Source: a virus. From it: DNA of 64,000 nucleotides. Below the pieces are notes generated by a model. That model saw only the letters and a list, made by a program, of their open reading frames with translations, did not search any database and was not told where the DNA came from. The stretch lies in IMG/VR virus record IMGVR_UViG_3300008116_000018; one strand, given 5' to 3'. The position numbers and the translations under genes were made by a program. Shown in pieces: positions 45,881 to 55,592 of this stretch (position 1 is the stretch's first letter; each line of letters starts with the position of its first letter).

Positions 45881-46124
45881 TATCAAATTTTTCTGTCTGT
45901 TCAAAACGTCTTTCTTGAATCGTTTTTTCTTTCCATACTTTTCTAGGATTTGCACACATCACGCAATTTGGATTCCCACAATCTAAGACATGATGTTTAG
46001 CTAATTGATGCGGAGACTCAACTGGTATATTATACGCTTTTGCAATTTTCAATTGCTTTCGTATTGCGTTTTCGTCTTCAAGGATTCGTTTAGATTTTTT
46101 AAATTTATCTTCTTCGTTACTCAT
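45873..46124 (-). CDS. Small Cys-containing hypothetical protein
   Basis: CGNPNCVMCANPR; AAGGAG SD. Confidence 0.7.
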   Translation of the reverse strand: MSNEEDKFKKSKRILEDENAIRKQLKIAKAYNIPVESPHQLAKHHVLDCGNPNCVMCANPRKVWKEKTIQERRFEQTEKFDND

Positions 46125-46146
46125 GTTCGACTCCTTTGAATATTAA

Positions 46147-46911
46147 TTAAGCTACATTCCAGATTAGTGCGCCTGGTTTCCCACTACTCACTACAAACTG
46201 CCAAAGTTTAGCATCGTAGTATTTCTCAGATGGATATGGAGGTGCTTGACTCTCTTCCACTACTTGGTCATACTTGTAAGGTGAACGCATAGTGATAGCA
46301 CGACCTTTTTCATAATCACTCATCTTGTGTCCAATCTCTACTGCATATGCAGGCACATCAGGAAATGCTAATTGCAGTCCACGATTTAACGTTCCGCTTG
46401 ATGCAACAGTCCAAATCTCTGTTGGCTTGATATTTAAATCTCTAGCAACTTTAACAATCGATGCAAGCACAGATGGATGTTCTAACCCCAAAGGCAAACA
46501 TTGTCTGCGCTTTGTATCTTCTTCTTGATAACGTCTTGCTCTTGCTTTTGTCACAGTAAGCATACCATTGTCAACCCAATGAATAGTGCCGCCAAGGTCC
46601 AATACTCTTTGCTGATGCCATGTAGGCTCTTTGCGTTTAGCCATAAAGAACGTTGCTTTTTTTCCATAGAGATTACATACATAGGTTAATGATATAGGAC
46701 CCCAACCAACTTTGTTTGCACCACCAAAGACCCATTCGTCACATTCGGTAGTCTTCACAAGATGGTCGATGAATCGACTCTTACTTCCATACTCTAATAA
46801 GTCATCACGCACAACATGAAAGCCATGGTGCATCTCGACTATCGGTGCAGGGTTTGGGTCTTTCCAATCTTTAATTATATCAGAAACTTCTTCAGGATAC
46901 AAGCGACTCAT
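46147..46911 (-). CDS. Fold-type II PLP-dependent enzyme
   Basis: VRDDLL..GSKSR (Schiff-base Lys), ASSGTL phosphate loop, YDAKLW and IWNVA. Confidence 0.78.
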   Translation of the reverse strand: MSRLYPEEVSDIIKDWKDPNPAPIVEMHHGFHVVRDDLLEYGSKSRFIDHLVKTTECDEWVFGGANKVGWGPISLTYVCNLYGKKATFFMAKRKEPTWHQQRVLDLGGTIHWVDNGMLTVTKARARRYQEEDTKRRQCLPLGLEHPSVLASIVKVARDLNIKPTEIWTVASSGTLNRGLQLAFPDVPAYAVEIGHKMSDYEKGRAITMRSPYKYDQVVEESQAPPYPSEKYYDAKLWQFVVSSGKPGALIWNVA

Positions 46912-47992
46912 ACAGTTCTCCTTCAGAAATTGCGTCTATGACTAAGTGAATTCTATTATCTGTTCCATTGTTGATTGCTTGATGTGGCTTACGTGTATCT
47001 AAGAACCACAAGTCTCCAACGTCCATATGTATCTTCTGTGGAGTACCTTTAGTGTCCCACACAGTAAAAATCATGTTTGGATTAGTAATGATTGGTATGT
47101 GTAGTCTTGCAAGTTTGCCTTTAGAACCACCAGAGTCTTTATCAACTTGATCGGTATGTCTTTCAAGTTCTCCACCGCCAGGTTTCAATTGCATGAAACG
47201 AACACGATGCACTTCTTTGTATTTACTTAACAACTCACGCACCTCAGGAAACATATCGTAGAGTGGTGTGTCTTGCAATTCAAATTTCACATCTTTGTTT
47301 TTTTCTTTCCAGTCATCACTCATCTCTGAAGGCTTTGTGATGAAGTCTGATTCTGGACGATAACCACGTAGTGACAATGCAGACCATGCTTTATCTTTGT
47401 TGTAGTTACTATAATGATTTGTGAATGCAGGTAATGTTGCTAACTTAGCAGAAACAGATTGAATAAACTCTGGCATGATTGCACCAATCTTTTTGATACT
47501 CAAATATTCTGTTGATTCTACTTTAGGAAACGAACGTGGAAAAGGACTATTGCTCTTAAAGTAAATTGCATGTACTTCTCCGTATGTTGTGATCTTAGGA
47601 CCAACATAACAGAAACCTAACTCTTCAGCTAAGTCGCAATGTGCTTTGTTCTCTGCCCATACAGTTAGCCAAAAATCTCTACCCGACAATACAGAAATTT
47701 GTTGTTTGATAGTATTGATGTTGCCCGAAAGTTTTCCAATCGAAACATCACCCTTTACTTTTGTTGCAATAACTGTGTCGCCATGCATCGTAATGTCTGA
47801 TGCAACTTTGTTTACTGTTACGTCAATCATTGCATCACCAAGCAAAACAAGAGTTCCTTTTTTCAAAGACTCTGCAATATTGTTCTTCTTATACTTTGCA
47901 AAAGGCGATAACGTATATGCATTGTAGTCTGCATACTGCGTTTCAAGTCCCTTGAGATAATCTATGTCATACCCATGTTGCCAAGGTTTCAT
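46892..47992 (-). CDS. GNAT-like N-domain fused to Asp/Asn beta-hydroxylase-like 2OG-Fe(II) domain
   Basis: C-domain RVRFMQLKPGG..HTD, RLHIPI, H and RIHLVID; N-domain WLTVWAEN...AEELGF. Confidence 0.7.
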   Translation of the reverse strand: MKPWQHGYDIDYLKGLETQYADYNAYTLSPFAKYKKNNIAESLKKGTLVLLGDAMIDVTVNKVASDITMHGDTVIATKVKGDVSIGKLSGNINTIKQQISVLSGRDFWLTVWAENKAHCDLAEELGFCYVGPKITTYGEVHAIYFKSNSPFPRSFPKVESTEYLSIKKIGAIMPEFIQSVSAKLATLPAFTNHYSNYNKDKAWSALSLRGYRPESDFITKPSEMSDDWKEKNKDVKFELQDTPLYDMFPEVRELLSKYKEVHRVRFMQLKPGGGELERHTDQVDKDSGGSKGKLARLHIPIITNPNMIFTVWDTKGTPQKIHMDVGDLWFLDTRKPHQAINNGTDNRIHLVIDAISEGELYESLVS

Positions 47993-48492
47993 TTTTTTAC
48001 CTTACGTTTTAGAATCATACGTTTACGCATTGCACGTTGTGCTTCAAATGCTGAAGCCTTTTGAGTATACACTTTTCCAAGCATATGGTCAAACTCATGC
48101 AATGCAATTCTGGCAGTCATGCCAATAAACCTTTCAGTTCTTGTTTCACCATTTTCATCTTGAAAACGAATACGTATCGAATCTGGACGTTTAACATTCA
48201 AGTACAACAAAGGAAAACTTAAGCAACCTTCTTTCATTGTAAGTTCTTTATCTGATACATCAACAACTCTTGGATTGAACACTGCGTATGGTTCATTAGC
48301 CGTTCTCATAACAAAAACACGATATGGGTGTCCGACTTGATTTGCTGACAAGCCAAGCCCATCACTCTTCACCATCTTGTCGTGTAGTGCTTGTGCAAAC
48401 TCTTTTGGGTCGAATGGTGGATTTGAGAAATCAAACTCTTTGCATTCTTGCAAAAGAATGGGTGATGTTTCTGAAACAAATTCAAGGTTCAT
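47989..48492 (-). CDS. def: Peptide deformylase
   Basis: GLGLSANQ, EGCLS and HEFDH. Confidence 0.93.
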   Translation of the reverse strand: MNLEFVSETSPILLQECKEFDFSNPPFDPKEFAQALHDKMVKSDGLGLSANQVGHPYRVFVMRTANEPYAVFNPRVVDVSDKELTMKEGCLSFPLLYLNVKRPDSIRIRFQDENGETRTERFIGMTARIALHEFDHMLGKVYTQKASAFEAQRAMRKRMILKRKVKK

Positions 48493-48670
48493 GGGATTCT
48501 CCTAATACATAATTTTCTGCGAAATTTTCAGCTTCATCTATATTATTAAAGAATGCTACAAAGTATGAGCCAAATTCATTTCGCATTCTAACTTTATAGA
48601 ATCCTTCATCGTAATGAACGTGCGCTTCTCTATCGATATCTGTTCCATAATGTTCACTGAGTATTTTCAT
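48482..48670 (-). CDS. Small hypothetical protein
   Basis: Start MKILSEHY with AAGGA SD. Confidence 0.65.
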   Translation of the reverse strand: MKILSEHYGTDIDREAHVHYDEGFYKVRMRNEFGSYFVAFFNNIDEAENFAENYVLGESHEP

Positions 48671-49286
48671 TTTTATGTTCCTTTCCAGTATTAAATGATA
48701 TTGAAATTCTGTCTTCATTTATATTTGAATTTCTATCAACTGAGTGTTCCATCCATGATGGAAATATAATTATCATATTTTCTTTACAAGGAAACATTGC
48801 ACCACTACTAAACCAAGGATAGTAACTCACTTCATTCTCTTTAAAATTCCAAAAATGCAAATAAGAGTCCATCAAAGGTGCCATTGGATTTTCAAATCTA
48901 ATATTTCCACAATTTTCAGGAGTTTTAACGTAAAAAGTTCCCGATAAAATTGATCCAGTATGACGATGTGAATTATTATAATTTCCATATTGATTTATGT
49001 TAATCCACAAATTACCAATATCCAATTTAGGAACAATACCAATATTAGAAGAAACTTTGTTTATTCCAACACGAATTTCATTGAGAAGTTTTTTGAATTC
49101 TATATTTTTAATCGACTCTATATCAACATTACCACTCTGCCAACCTCCACAATTACTTTTTTCATTTTTAACGGTCGTGTTGTTTTTTAAATCATAACAA
49201 AAATCTGCAATTTGATTAACATCAAGCGTTAAATCTTCGACAGAAAATGGTTGAGGAAATACTGCTTCTACATTATATAAGTTCAT
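48654..49286 (-). CDS. 2OG-Fe(II) oxygenase (TIGR02466-like)
   Basis: GGWQS, WININ..HRH, SGTFY, FPSWMEHSV and RISISFN. Confidence 0.85.
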   Translation of the reverse strand: MNLYNVEAVFPQPFSVEDLTLDVNQIADFCYDLKNNTTVKNEKSNCGGWQSGNVDIESIKNIEFKKLLNEIRVGINKVSSNIGIVPKLDIGNLWININQYGNYNNSHRHTGSILSGTFYVKTPENCGNIRFENPMAPLMDSYLHFWNFKENEVSYYPWFSSGAMFPCKENMIIIFPSWMEHSVDRNSNINEDRISISFNTGKEHKNENTQ

Positions 49287-50995
49287 TTTGCAATCCTTGA
49301 AAAATTATTTACCTTCTCGAATCTAATCACGTTGGCAAACTTGTCTTGTAGAATATCACCTTTGTGTGATATGACAAATAGGTTAGAACCTTCAAGCATG
49401 TTTAGAATCTTCATCAAATCTTCTGTACCATTTGTGTCTAATGATGAATCAAAGATTTCATCAAGTATTAATATGTTTGTGCTGGCGCTGTTCTTCAGTT
49501 TGGCAACTGCTCTCCATGTCAACATCAATGCCATATCGATGCGTTGTTTCTCACCTTCACTGAATGATGCATATGTGAAATCATCACGATGGCGAGACTT
49601 GATTGTTTCTTTGAATGATTCATCCAAATTGAAGTTCACAAAGAAATCTAATGATGCAAGATACTTGTTAACTAGCTTGTTGATGACTGGTATGTATTGA
49701 CGAATGATTTTCGTTTTGATGCCTGTGTCTTTCAATAAGTTCGTTGCAATCTCAAAATACAAACGCTCTTCAGCAATAACTTTAATTTCAGATTCTAGTT
49801 CTGCTAGTTCTGTAGTCAACGTTGCAAGTTTCTCTTGTTCTGCATTAACATCATCCTTAACGGAATTCAATCGCACAATCTCTTTATTAATATTGTCAAT
49901 GTGTCTTTGATTTACTCTGACCTCACTCTGTTCAAATGTCAACTGAGAATTCAATGTTTGAATTTGTTCAGCAATCGTTTCAATCTCAACAAGTCTACCA
50001 TTGACAAGATCAAGTTCAGTTTTAACTTTTGACAATGCATCATCGACTTCAACTAATTTTTTGTTTCGTTCTTCTACAATGTGTGTCTTATATTCATTAC
50101 CAATAGCTTGTTTGCATGTTGGGCAATCATCATTGTTATGATAAAACTCAATGTCAGTATCAATTTTTTTATGAGTCTTTATTAAATTCTGACGAATCGT
50201 TGTAAATTTAGATAGCTTTGCATCGACTTTAGACTTGTCTGAAATTTGTGTACATATTTCTGACAAAGTTGTTTGTAGTGCTATGCATCTAGTTTCACTC
50301 TCTGCAATCAACAATTGTGTGTTAGCAATGTCTTGTTGCTTAGATAAAATCTGAGTTGCGTTGTTCTTATTCAATGAATCGATAAACTGAATTTGATATT
50401 GAATCTTTTCACTCTTCAGATCAACAGCATACTTCGACTGCGAATGTTTTTCTTTCAACAAAAGAAACTTATCTTTGAGAACACTATTCATGCGTGAGAA
50501 GATTTGAATATCTAACAAGTCTTCAATGATAGAACGTCTATCGCTTGCAGACAATTGCATGAATGGAGTAAACGATGCTGAACCCAACAAAACAATTTGA
50601 GTAAAAGATTTGTAGTTGAGTTTGAGGATGAATTTCTCTAGGTGTTCTTGATAGTCTTTGACTGCGGCATCTTGATTGACTAGATGCCCATTGCAGTAAA
50701 TTTCAAACACATTTGGTTTGATACCACGAACGATTTTGTATGACTTATTGCCTGTGTCGAATTCAATTTCAACAGTACAATCTTTTTGATTGATCGTATT
50801 GACAAGTTGTCCTTTGTTGATATTACGAAATGGTTTGCCAAACAGCACAAAGCACAATGCGTCAAGCATAGTAGACTTACCCGAACCATTAGAGCCAACA
50901 ATCAACGTGGTGTTGTTGCCATCTAAGTTCAGTTCAGTAAAGAAGTTACCAGTTGATAGAAAGTTCTTCCATCTCAAATTACGAAAAATAATCAT
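49283..50995 (-). CDS. g46: Recombination nuclease ATPase subunit gp46 (Rad50/SbcC-like)
   Basis: GSNGSGKS, zinc hook CPTC, FSEGE and LDEIFD. Confidence 0.95.
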   Translation of the reverse strand: MIIFRNLRWKNFLSTGNFFTELNLDGNNTTLIVGSNGSGKSTMLDALCFVLFGKPFRNINKGQLVNTINQKDCTVEIEFDTGNKSYKIVRGIKPNVFEIYCNGHLVNQDAAVKDYQEHLEKFILKLNYKSFTQIVLLGSASFTPFMQLSASDRRSIIEDLLDIQIFSRMNSVLKDKFLLLKEKHSQSKYAVDLKSEKIQYQIQFIDSLNKNNATQILSKQQDIANTQLLIAESETRCIALQTTLSEICTQISDKSKVDAKLSKFTTIRQNLIKTHKKIDTDIEFYHNNDDCPTCKQAIGNEYKTHIVEERNKKLVEVDDALSKVKTELDLVNGRLVEIETIAEQIQTLNSQLTFEQSEVRVNQRHIDNINKEIVRLNSVKDDVNAEQEKLATLTTELAELESEIKVIAEERLYFEIATNLLKDTGIKTKIIRQYIPVINKLVNKYLASLDFFVNFNLDESFKETIKSRHRDDFTYASFSEGEKQRIDMALMLTWRAVAKLKNSASTNILILDEIFDSSLDTNGTEDLMKILNMLEGSNLFVISHKGDILQDKFANVIRFEKVNNFSRIAK

Positions 50996-52065
50996 TCTAT
51001 ATTTTCTTTGGATAGTGCCTCAACGTAAAGTTCACGCATCAATGTTTTAAGTTTATTAGTGTCTGAAATATTTAGGCTTTGCGTATCGATAAATGAAGAA
51101 AGAATTGTCATGGTGTCTTGCGCTTGGTCAATAATATCACTATCAGTTTCTTCATTCGATATAGTAAAGTCTTCAACAATCGTAACGTCTACAGGACCAA
51201 ATTTATAAATTTCATCTATCAACTTTTCAAATAGATAAGGATCCTGTTTATTCAAAACAACAACTTTCACATAAGCATTTGCATACTTAGAAAAGTTTAT
51301 GTCTTTCAAGTCTTCAATCTTTAATTGATTGTCATCATAATTTACCTTATAAAACATTCGGTGAGGATTCTCTACGAATGTAGTCTGCATTGTTTCAGTG
51401 TCTAAAATACCAAACTGTTTTTTGTCTTTGTAATCATTCCAAAACAATTCATAGGGCGCACCAACATACGTGATGTTGTCGTGCTGTGATGGTGTATGAT
51501 AGTGTCCGCTGTATACATGATTATAGTTGCTTAGAAACTTATAGTCAAGTCCTTCATGGCTATCTACACCACGGAACAATGGAAAGCCAGCAAGTTCAAA
51601 GTGCCCCATGCACAATGAAGAAGATGTGTTCTTCACAAACTCAAAAACTTCCGCTTCATTGCTTTTGCAAATCCATGGTATCATATCGATTTTGATCCCA
51701 TCAACTTCAAGTGTACCAGGTTTCTGCCATAGCACAATGTTATGATAGTCTCTCAGCAACAAGTCAGGAGAATTAACTTCAAGACTTTCTTTCCAAAAGA
51801 TATCGTGATTACCAATCAATGCGTGAAGAGTAATGCCTTCTTCAACGCATCTGTCAAAGAAGTATCTACGACTTTCCATCAGCGAATGAAAGTTGATGTA
51901 CTTGCGTCTATCGAACAAGTCACCAAGCTGAATGATTGTTCTTACACCACGATGTTTCAGTTCTGGAAAGAATGTCTCATCATAAAATTTTTCATAGTAA
52001 GCATGAAACGCTTTGGAGTCATTTCTAACACCAAAGTGAGTATCACCTAGTAAACATATTCTCAT
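50992..52065 (-). CDS. g47: Recombination nuclease subunit gp47 (Mre11/SbcD-like)
   Basis: GDTHFG, GDLFD, GNHD and SGHYH. Confidence 0.95.
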   Translation of the reverse strand: MRICLLGDTHFGVRNDSKAFHAYYEKFYDETFFPELKHRGVRTIIQLGDLFDRRKYINFHSLMESRRYFFDRCVEEGITLHALIGNHDIFWKESLEVNSPDLLLRDYHNIVLWQKPGTLEVDGIKIDMIPWICKSNEAEVFEFVKNTSSSLCMGHFELAGFPLFRGVDSHEGLDYKFLSNYNHVYSGHYHTPSQHDNITYVGAPYELFWNDYKDKKQFGILDTETMQTTFVENPHRMFYKVNYDDNQLKIEDLKDINFSKYANAYVKVVVLNKQDPYLFEKLIDEIYKFGPVDVTIVEDFTISNEETDSDIIDQAQDTMTILSSFIDTQSLNISDTNKLKTLMRELYVEALSKENIE

Positions 52066-52231
52066 ACTTTCGTTGCCCTTGCTTCTTCATTGTTGTACCT
52101 AAAGACTTGTCGATTATAGCACGAATCTCAGTCAAATGCAAGACGGCAGTTTCTCTGAGATTTTGTGGCGATCTTTTGTCGTTAACAATTTTTAGCCAGT
52201 TTTCAAGTTGGGCTGGTATTGGTGTCTGCAT
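52043..52231 (-). CDS. Small hypothetical protein
   Basis: Likely start MQTPIPAQ with GGAG SD, between g55 and g47. Confidence 0.55.
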   Translation of the reverse strand: MQTPIPAQLENWLKIVNDKRSPQNLRETAVLHLTEIRAIIDKSLGTTMKKQGQRKYENMFTR

Positions 52232-52832
52232 TGTCTTTCTCCAGAAATTCATCGAATGCGGTAGCAGTATCTGCCTTTTTCTTTCTAGGCTTTGCACTTG
52301 CGATCTTCTTCTCTTTATTCACTTCAAATGCTTTGATAAAGTCACTAATGAATTCTTCGCTATACGAATCGTGCATCACACCATTTAGACTTGAAGAAAC
52401 GTATTCTTCGCCATTGTTTTCAATGAGAGAGGTAATGATTAAATTGTCCATGCTCTTATACTTGATGTATAGATGCTTTTTCTCTTTTTGAATTCTTCGC
52501 AAGAATGCATAGTAGATAATTTGGGTAAAGTATGCAAATGGATTCTTAGACTTCTCAGGATCAAAGTTATCAATGTACAACAGACAGTTTTCAATACCAT
52601 CCGATACCATATCTTCTTTGAATGTGTAGTTTGCAAAGTTTGGTTTACGTGCCAAGTGCGTTGCAATCTTAAACAAGCATTCGCCAATGTACTCAGGTAC
52701 TCTTGGGCGCTCTCCGTTTGTTGCTTCTGCTTCTTTGACGCCGGCACGAAAGACAACCATCTCTTCTAGGAAATGTTCGTTGTTGACGTAGTGTTTTTGT
52801 TTTGGTTTTACGGTAGCGGTAGTAATAGTCAT
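52203..52832 (-). CDS. g55: Late sigma factor gp55
   Basis: HYVNN, DMVSDGIENC and NPFAYFTQIIYYAFLRRIQKEKK. Confidence 0.95.
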   Translation of the reverse strand: MTITTATVKPKQKHYVNNEHFLEEMVVFRAGVKEAEATNGERPRVPEYIGECLFKIATHLARKPNFANYTFKEDMVSDGIENCLLYIDNFDPEKSKNPFAYFTQIIYYAFLRRIQKEKKHLYIKYKSMDNLIITSLIENNGEEYVSSSLNGVMHDSYSEEFISDFIKAFEVNKEKKIASAKPRKKKADTATAFDEFLEKDNADTNTSPT

Positions 52833-52901
52833 GTTTCACCTCAGTTAGTTGACAAACACTTGACAATGAGTTATTATTGCAGTGTCCTGTTTGATAAAGA
52901 C

Positions 52902-53294
52902 TTAATGTAATATATGATTGTTAGATGAAGCCATTGCTTCTCTCATCTTATCAATCTCTTCTTTGATTTCAGACATTCTATCGTCTGCTTGAATTTCAAT
53001 TTCATCTTCTTCATTCGAATCGAATTCTTGATATGCTTCGCCATAGATTCTTATAATTTCTGATGTTGCTTCAGATACGGAAACAATACTTTGTTTAAAT
53101 ATTCTAGAAGGCAAATCAAAATTTGTAAGTGGATCCCATTTCATCATCGACAAGCTAAACATATGATCTTCAGACATTCTAGGAACAAGAACAACTTTCA
53201 TAGGACGATGCACTTCAATGTATCCTCTACTTTCTTCAACAACATTTCCGATGAGAGTATCACCGTTTGTTAATTTTAGTACTTTGCAAAGCAT
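52902..53294 (-). CDS. Conserved hypothetical protein downstream of uvsW
   Basis: KVLKLTNGDTLIG Sm-like start; usual position in environmental T4-like phages. Confidence 0.7.
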   Translation of the reverse strand: MLCKVLKLTNGDTLIGNVVEESRGYIEVHRPMKVVLVPRMSEDHMFSLSMMKWDPLTNFDLPSRIFKQSIVSVSEATSEIIRIYGEAYQEFDSNEEDEIEIQADDRMSEIKEEIDKMREAMASSNNHILH

Positions 53295-54754
53295 TATTCT
53301 TCCTTTAAATTTAACGTGTAAATTTTATATTCAAACTTTTCATCGTTATAAATTTTCATTCGTTCGATAAAATGTTCTAATGTAAAATTCTTTCTACTCT
53401 TATAAGTCATGTCATCCGATATGTCATACAGAATAGCTTCTTTCTTGTTATCTCCCAAACGCAATCCTCGACCAATAGACTGTAGTGTTCTAATTTTACT
53501 CTTGCTTGGTGAAGCAAAAATAACATTATGTAGATTACGAATGTTGATACCAGTAGAGAATGTTCCATATGATGCTACGATAATTGCATTCTCTTCATCT
53601 TCAGTAATTCTACGAACTTCTTCTCTTTCATCTACGCCAACCGCACCATGAATAAAGAATACAGGTCTATTTTCTTCTACTGCGTCCTTAAGCATATTAT
53701 ACAATATTCTGCCGTGCTTGTCAACGAACTGATATAGTAGAAGAGTGTTACCTTCTAAACTCATAGTCAAATTTCTAATGAATCTATTACGTGACGGCTT
53801 ACCTATAATATAATTTATCTCATCTTGATATTTAAAATTCTTACCTAGCTTACATGATTCTTCGTTATGCTTAAGCACCAATGCTTTAATTCTAAACTTA
53901 GCTAATCGTCCAGAGTCAATCAATTCTTTTGTTGTTGTTATCTGTTTGACTTTACCGAACAAACCTTCTAAGACTAATCTATGTGTCTGTGTTCCATCTA
54001 GTGTACCTGTGAGTCCAAATCTATACTTGCACTTTGTTAGTTTTGTTAGAATTGATATCAACGACTTTGCTTTAAACAAATGCGCTTCATCTCCAACAAC
54101 TAATTCAAATTCTTCGAACCATTCTTTTGGCATCTTGTAAATTGACTGCCATGTAGATATGACAATGGGGCAATCAGTTTGTTTGCTTGCACCTGACATA
54201 ATCTGGTGTATGTATTTATCACTCTCAAACCCATAGTCTTCAAAGTCTTTGTATAACTGTGCGACAAGTGAGATAGTGGGAACAATGATAAGAGTCTTGC
54301 AATTTAAATATCTCGCAATGAGATATATGATAAGCGACTTGCCTGATGCTGTGGGTGATACTAATAAGTTTCTTCTACTGCGTACTGCATGAATGAATGC
54401 TTGAATCTGATAGTCTCTAACTTCAAATGGTATACCTAGAGTATCGATGAAGTCTGTTGCTTCTGCTACAGAGAATTCATCATAAGTTTCTACTGATTCG
54501 TCAAATTCAATTACGTAGTCACGTTCTTTAGCAAACTTTTCTAAGTATGGAATCAAACCATAATAGATTTGTCTGTTCTGAGAATTGAATAGGCGTATTT
54601 TTCCATCCCACACTTTGTTTCTAAATGCGGGCATGAATTTATAACCGGGAACGTAGAACGTAAAGTATTCATTCAACTCCATTGCATCGGAGTTCTCACA
54701 CTTGATGTGTGCGTAGACTTCATCTACTTTTGAAATATAGAGTTTATTGTACAC
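53294..54754 (-). CDS. uvsW: UvsW helicase
   Basis: PTASGKS, DEAH, GLTGT and QSIGRGLR. Confidence 0.95.
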   Translation of the reverse strand: MYNKLYISKVDEVYAHIKCENSDAMELNEYFTFYVPGYKFMPAFRNKVWDGKIRLFNSQNRQIYYGLIPYLEKFAKERDYVIEFDESVETYDEFSVAEATDFIDTLGIPFEVRDYQIQAFIHAVRSRRNLLVSPTASGKSLIIYLIARYLNCKTLIIVPTISLVAQLYKDFEDYGFESDKYIHQIMSGASKQTDCPIVISTWQSIYKMPKEWFEEFELVVGDEAHLFKAKSLISILTKLTKCKYRFGLTGTLDGTQTHRLVLEGLFGKVKQITTTKELIDSGRLAKFRIKALVLKHNEESCKLGKNFKYQDEINYIIGKPSRNRFIRNLTMSLEGNTLLLYQFVDKHGRILYNMLKDAVEENRPVFFIHGAVGVDEREEVRRITEDEENAIIVASYGTFSTGINIRNLHNVIFASPSKSKIRTLQSIGRGLRLGDNKKEAILYDISDDMTYKSRKNFTLEHFIERMKIYNDEKFEYKIYTLNLKEE

Positions 54755-54930
54755 CTTGCGTAAACTTCTTCCATTCTATAGCGTTCTTAATCTGAAATGC
54801 GTCTTTCATCAAAATAAATTTTGAGATATTTACTGTGTAATTCTGGTATCTTTAAAGATGCGATACCTAACTCTGTCGAGTCAACTGTGGCGTCTAATCT
54901 CCACTCTTCCATCATCTGATCTAGCGTCAT
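54744..54930 (-). pseudogene. uvsY: uvsY with internal out-of-frame deletion
   Basis: N-terminus MTLDQMMEEWRLD...KIPELHSKYL...DERR joins directly, in another frame, to the C-terminus FQIKNAIEWKKFTQGVQ*; premature stop at 54787. Confidence 0.8.
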
Positions 54931-54987
54931 AATAATTCCTCAAGTCAATATTCGTATTCATCATAATAACACATTCCTAGGCAAATG

Positions 54988-55503
54988 TCAAATGTTTATT
55001 GCTTCGTAATAACCATAATTGAATGTTACTGTTGATGTAACAAATTCTTGATTATCGGTAGTTGTGAAACTCATCTCTCCGAGATCGGTTGGGTACACAT
55101 CAACAAAATCAAATCTTAAATTTGGATTGTTTGCATTTGATTTTATAAACAATGTTGCATCAGATGTTGTGCTAGTAACAGAGCCTGGTCTGCCTGTGAG
55201 TGTTCCAACTTTATTGTATCCTTTTGGATTGCCTAGCTGTGCGATCCAATTGTACAACTCCAACCATGATTGCATGTCTTCATCAACTAAGAATGTTAGC
55301 GTGAGTGAACTAAAAGTAATTTGATTTCCTGGAATACTAACAGCAGAAAATGGCGTGTTAATTGAACTAGACTGCAATGTGAGTCCAGGTAAATTTACAC
55401 TCTGCACTAAGTATGTGAAATTGGGAATTCTCTTAAGAACAAAATCAAACTTGTTGTTCGAAAGAAAACTTCTATTTACGGGTGTTGTTATTAGGGTAGC
55501 CAT
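54988..55503 (-). CDS. g3: Tail tube terminator gp3
   Basis: FLSNNKF, QSVNLPG, FLVDEDM and YPTDL; position after g23. Confidence 0.85.
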   Translation of the reverse strand: MATLITTPVNRSFLSNNKFDFVLKRIPNFTYLVQSVNLPGLTLQSSSINTPFSAVSIPGNQITFSSLTLTFLVDEDMQSWLELYNWIAQLGNPKGYNKVGTLTGRPGSVTSTTSDATLFIKSNANNPNLRFDFVDVYPTDLGEMSFTTTDNQEFVTSTVTFNYGYYEAINI

Positions 55504-55535
55504 GTTATCTCCTCTTGTCTTCTATTTATGCAGAC

Positions 55536-55564
55536 AAAAAAAGAGGACCCTAAGGTCCTCTTTT
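55536..55564 (-). terminator. Intrinsic terminator after g23 (bidirectional shape)
   Basis: AAAAGAGGACC-ctaa-GGTCCTCTTTT. Confidence 0.85.
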
Positions 55565-55592
55565 AAATACCGATGTGTCTCGGTTTAATCAA

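Noticed and set aside
54787-54800. Programmed frameshift rescuing uvsY
   Set aside because: Even with a shift the product would be only about 61 aa and lack the central helices; no slippery site is evident.
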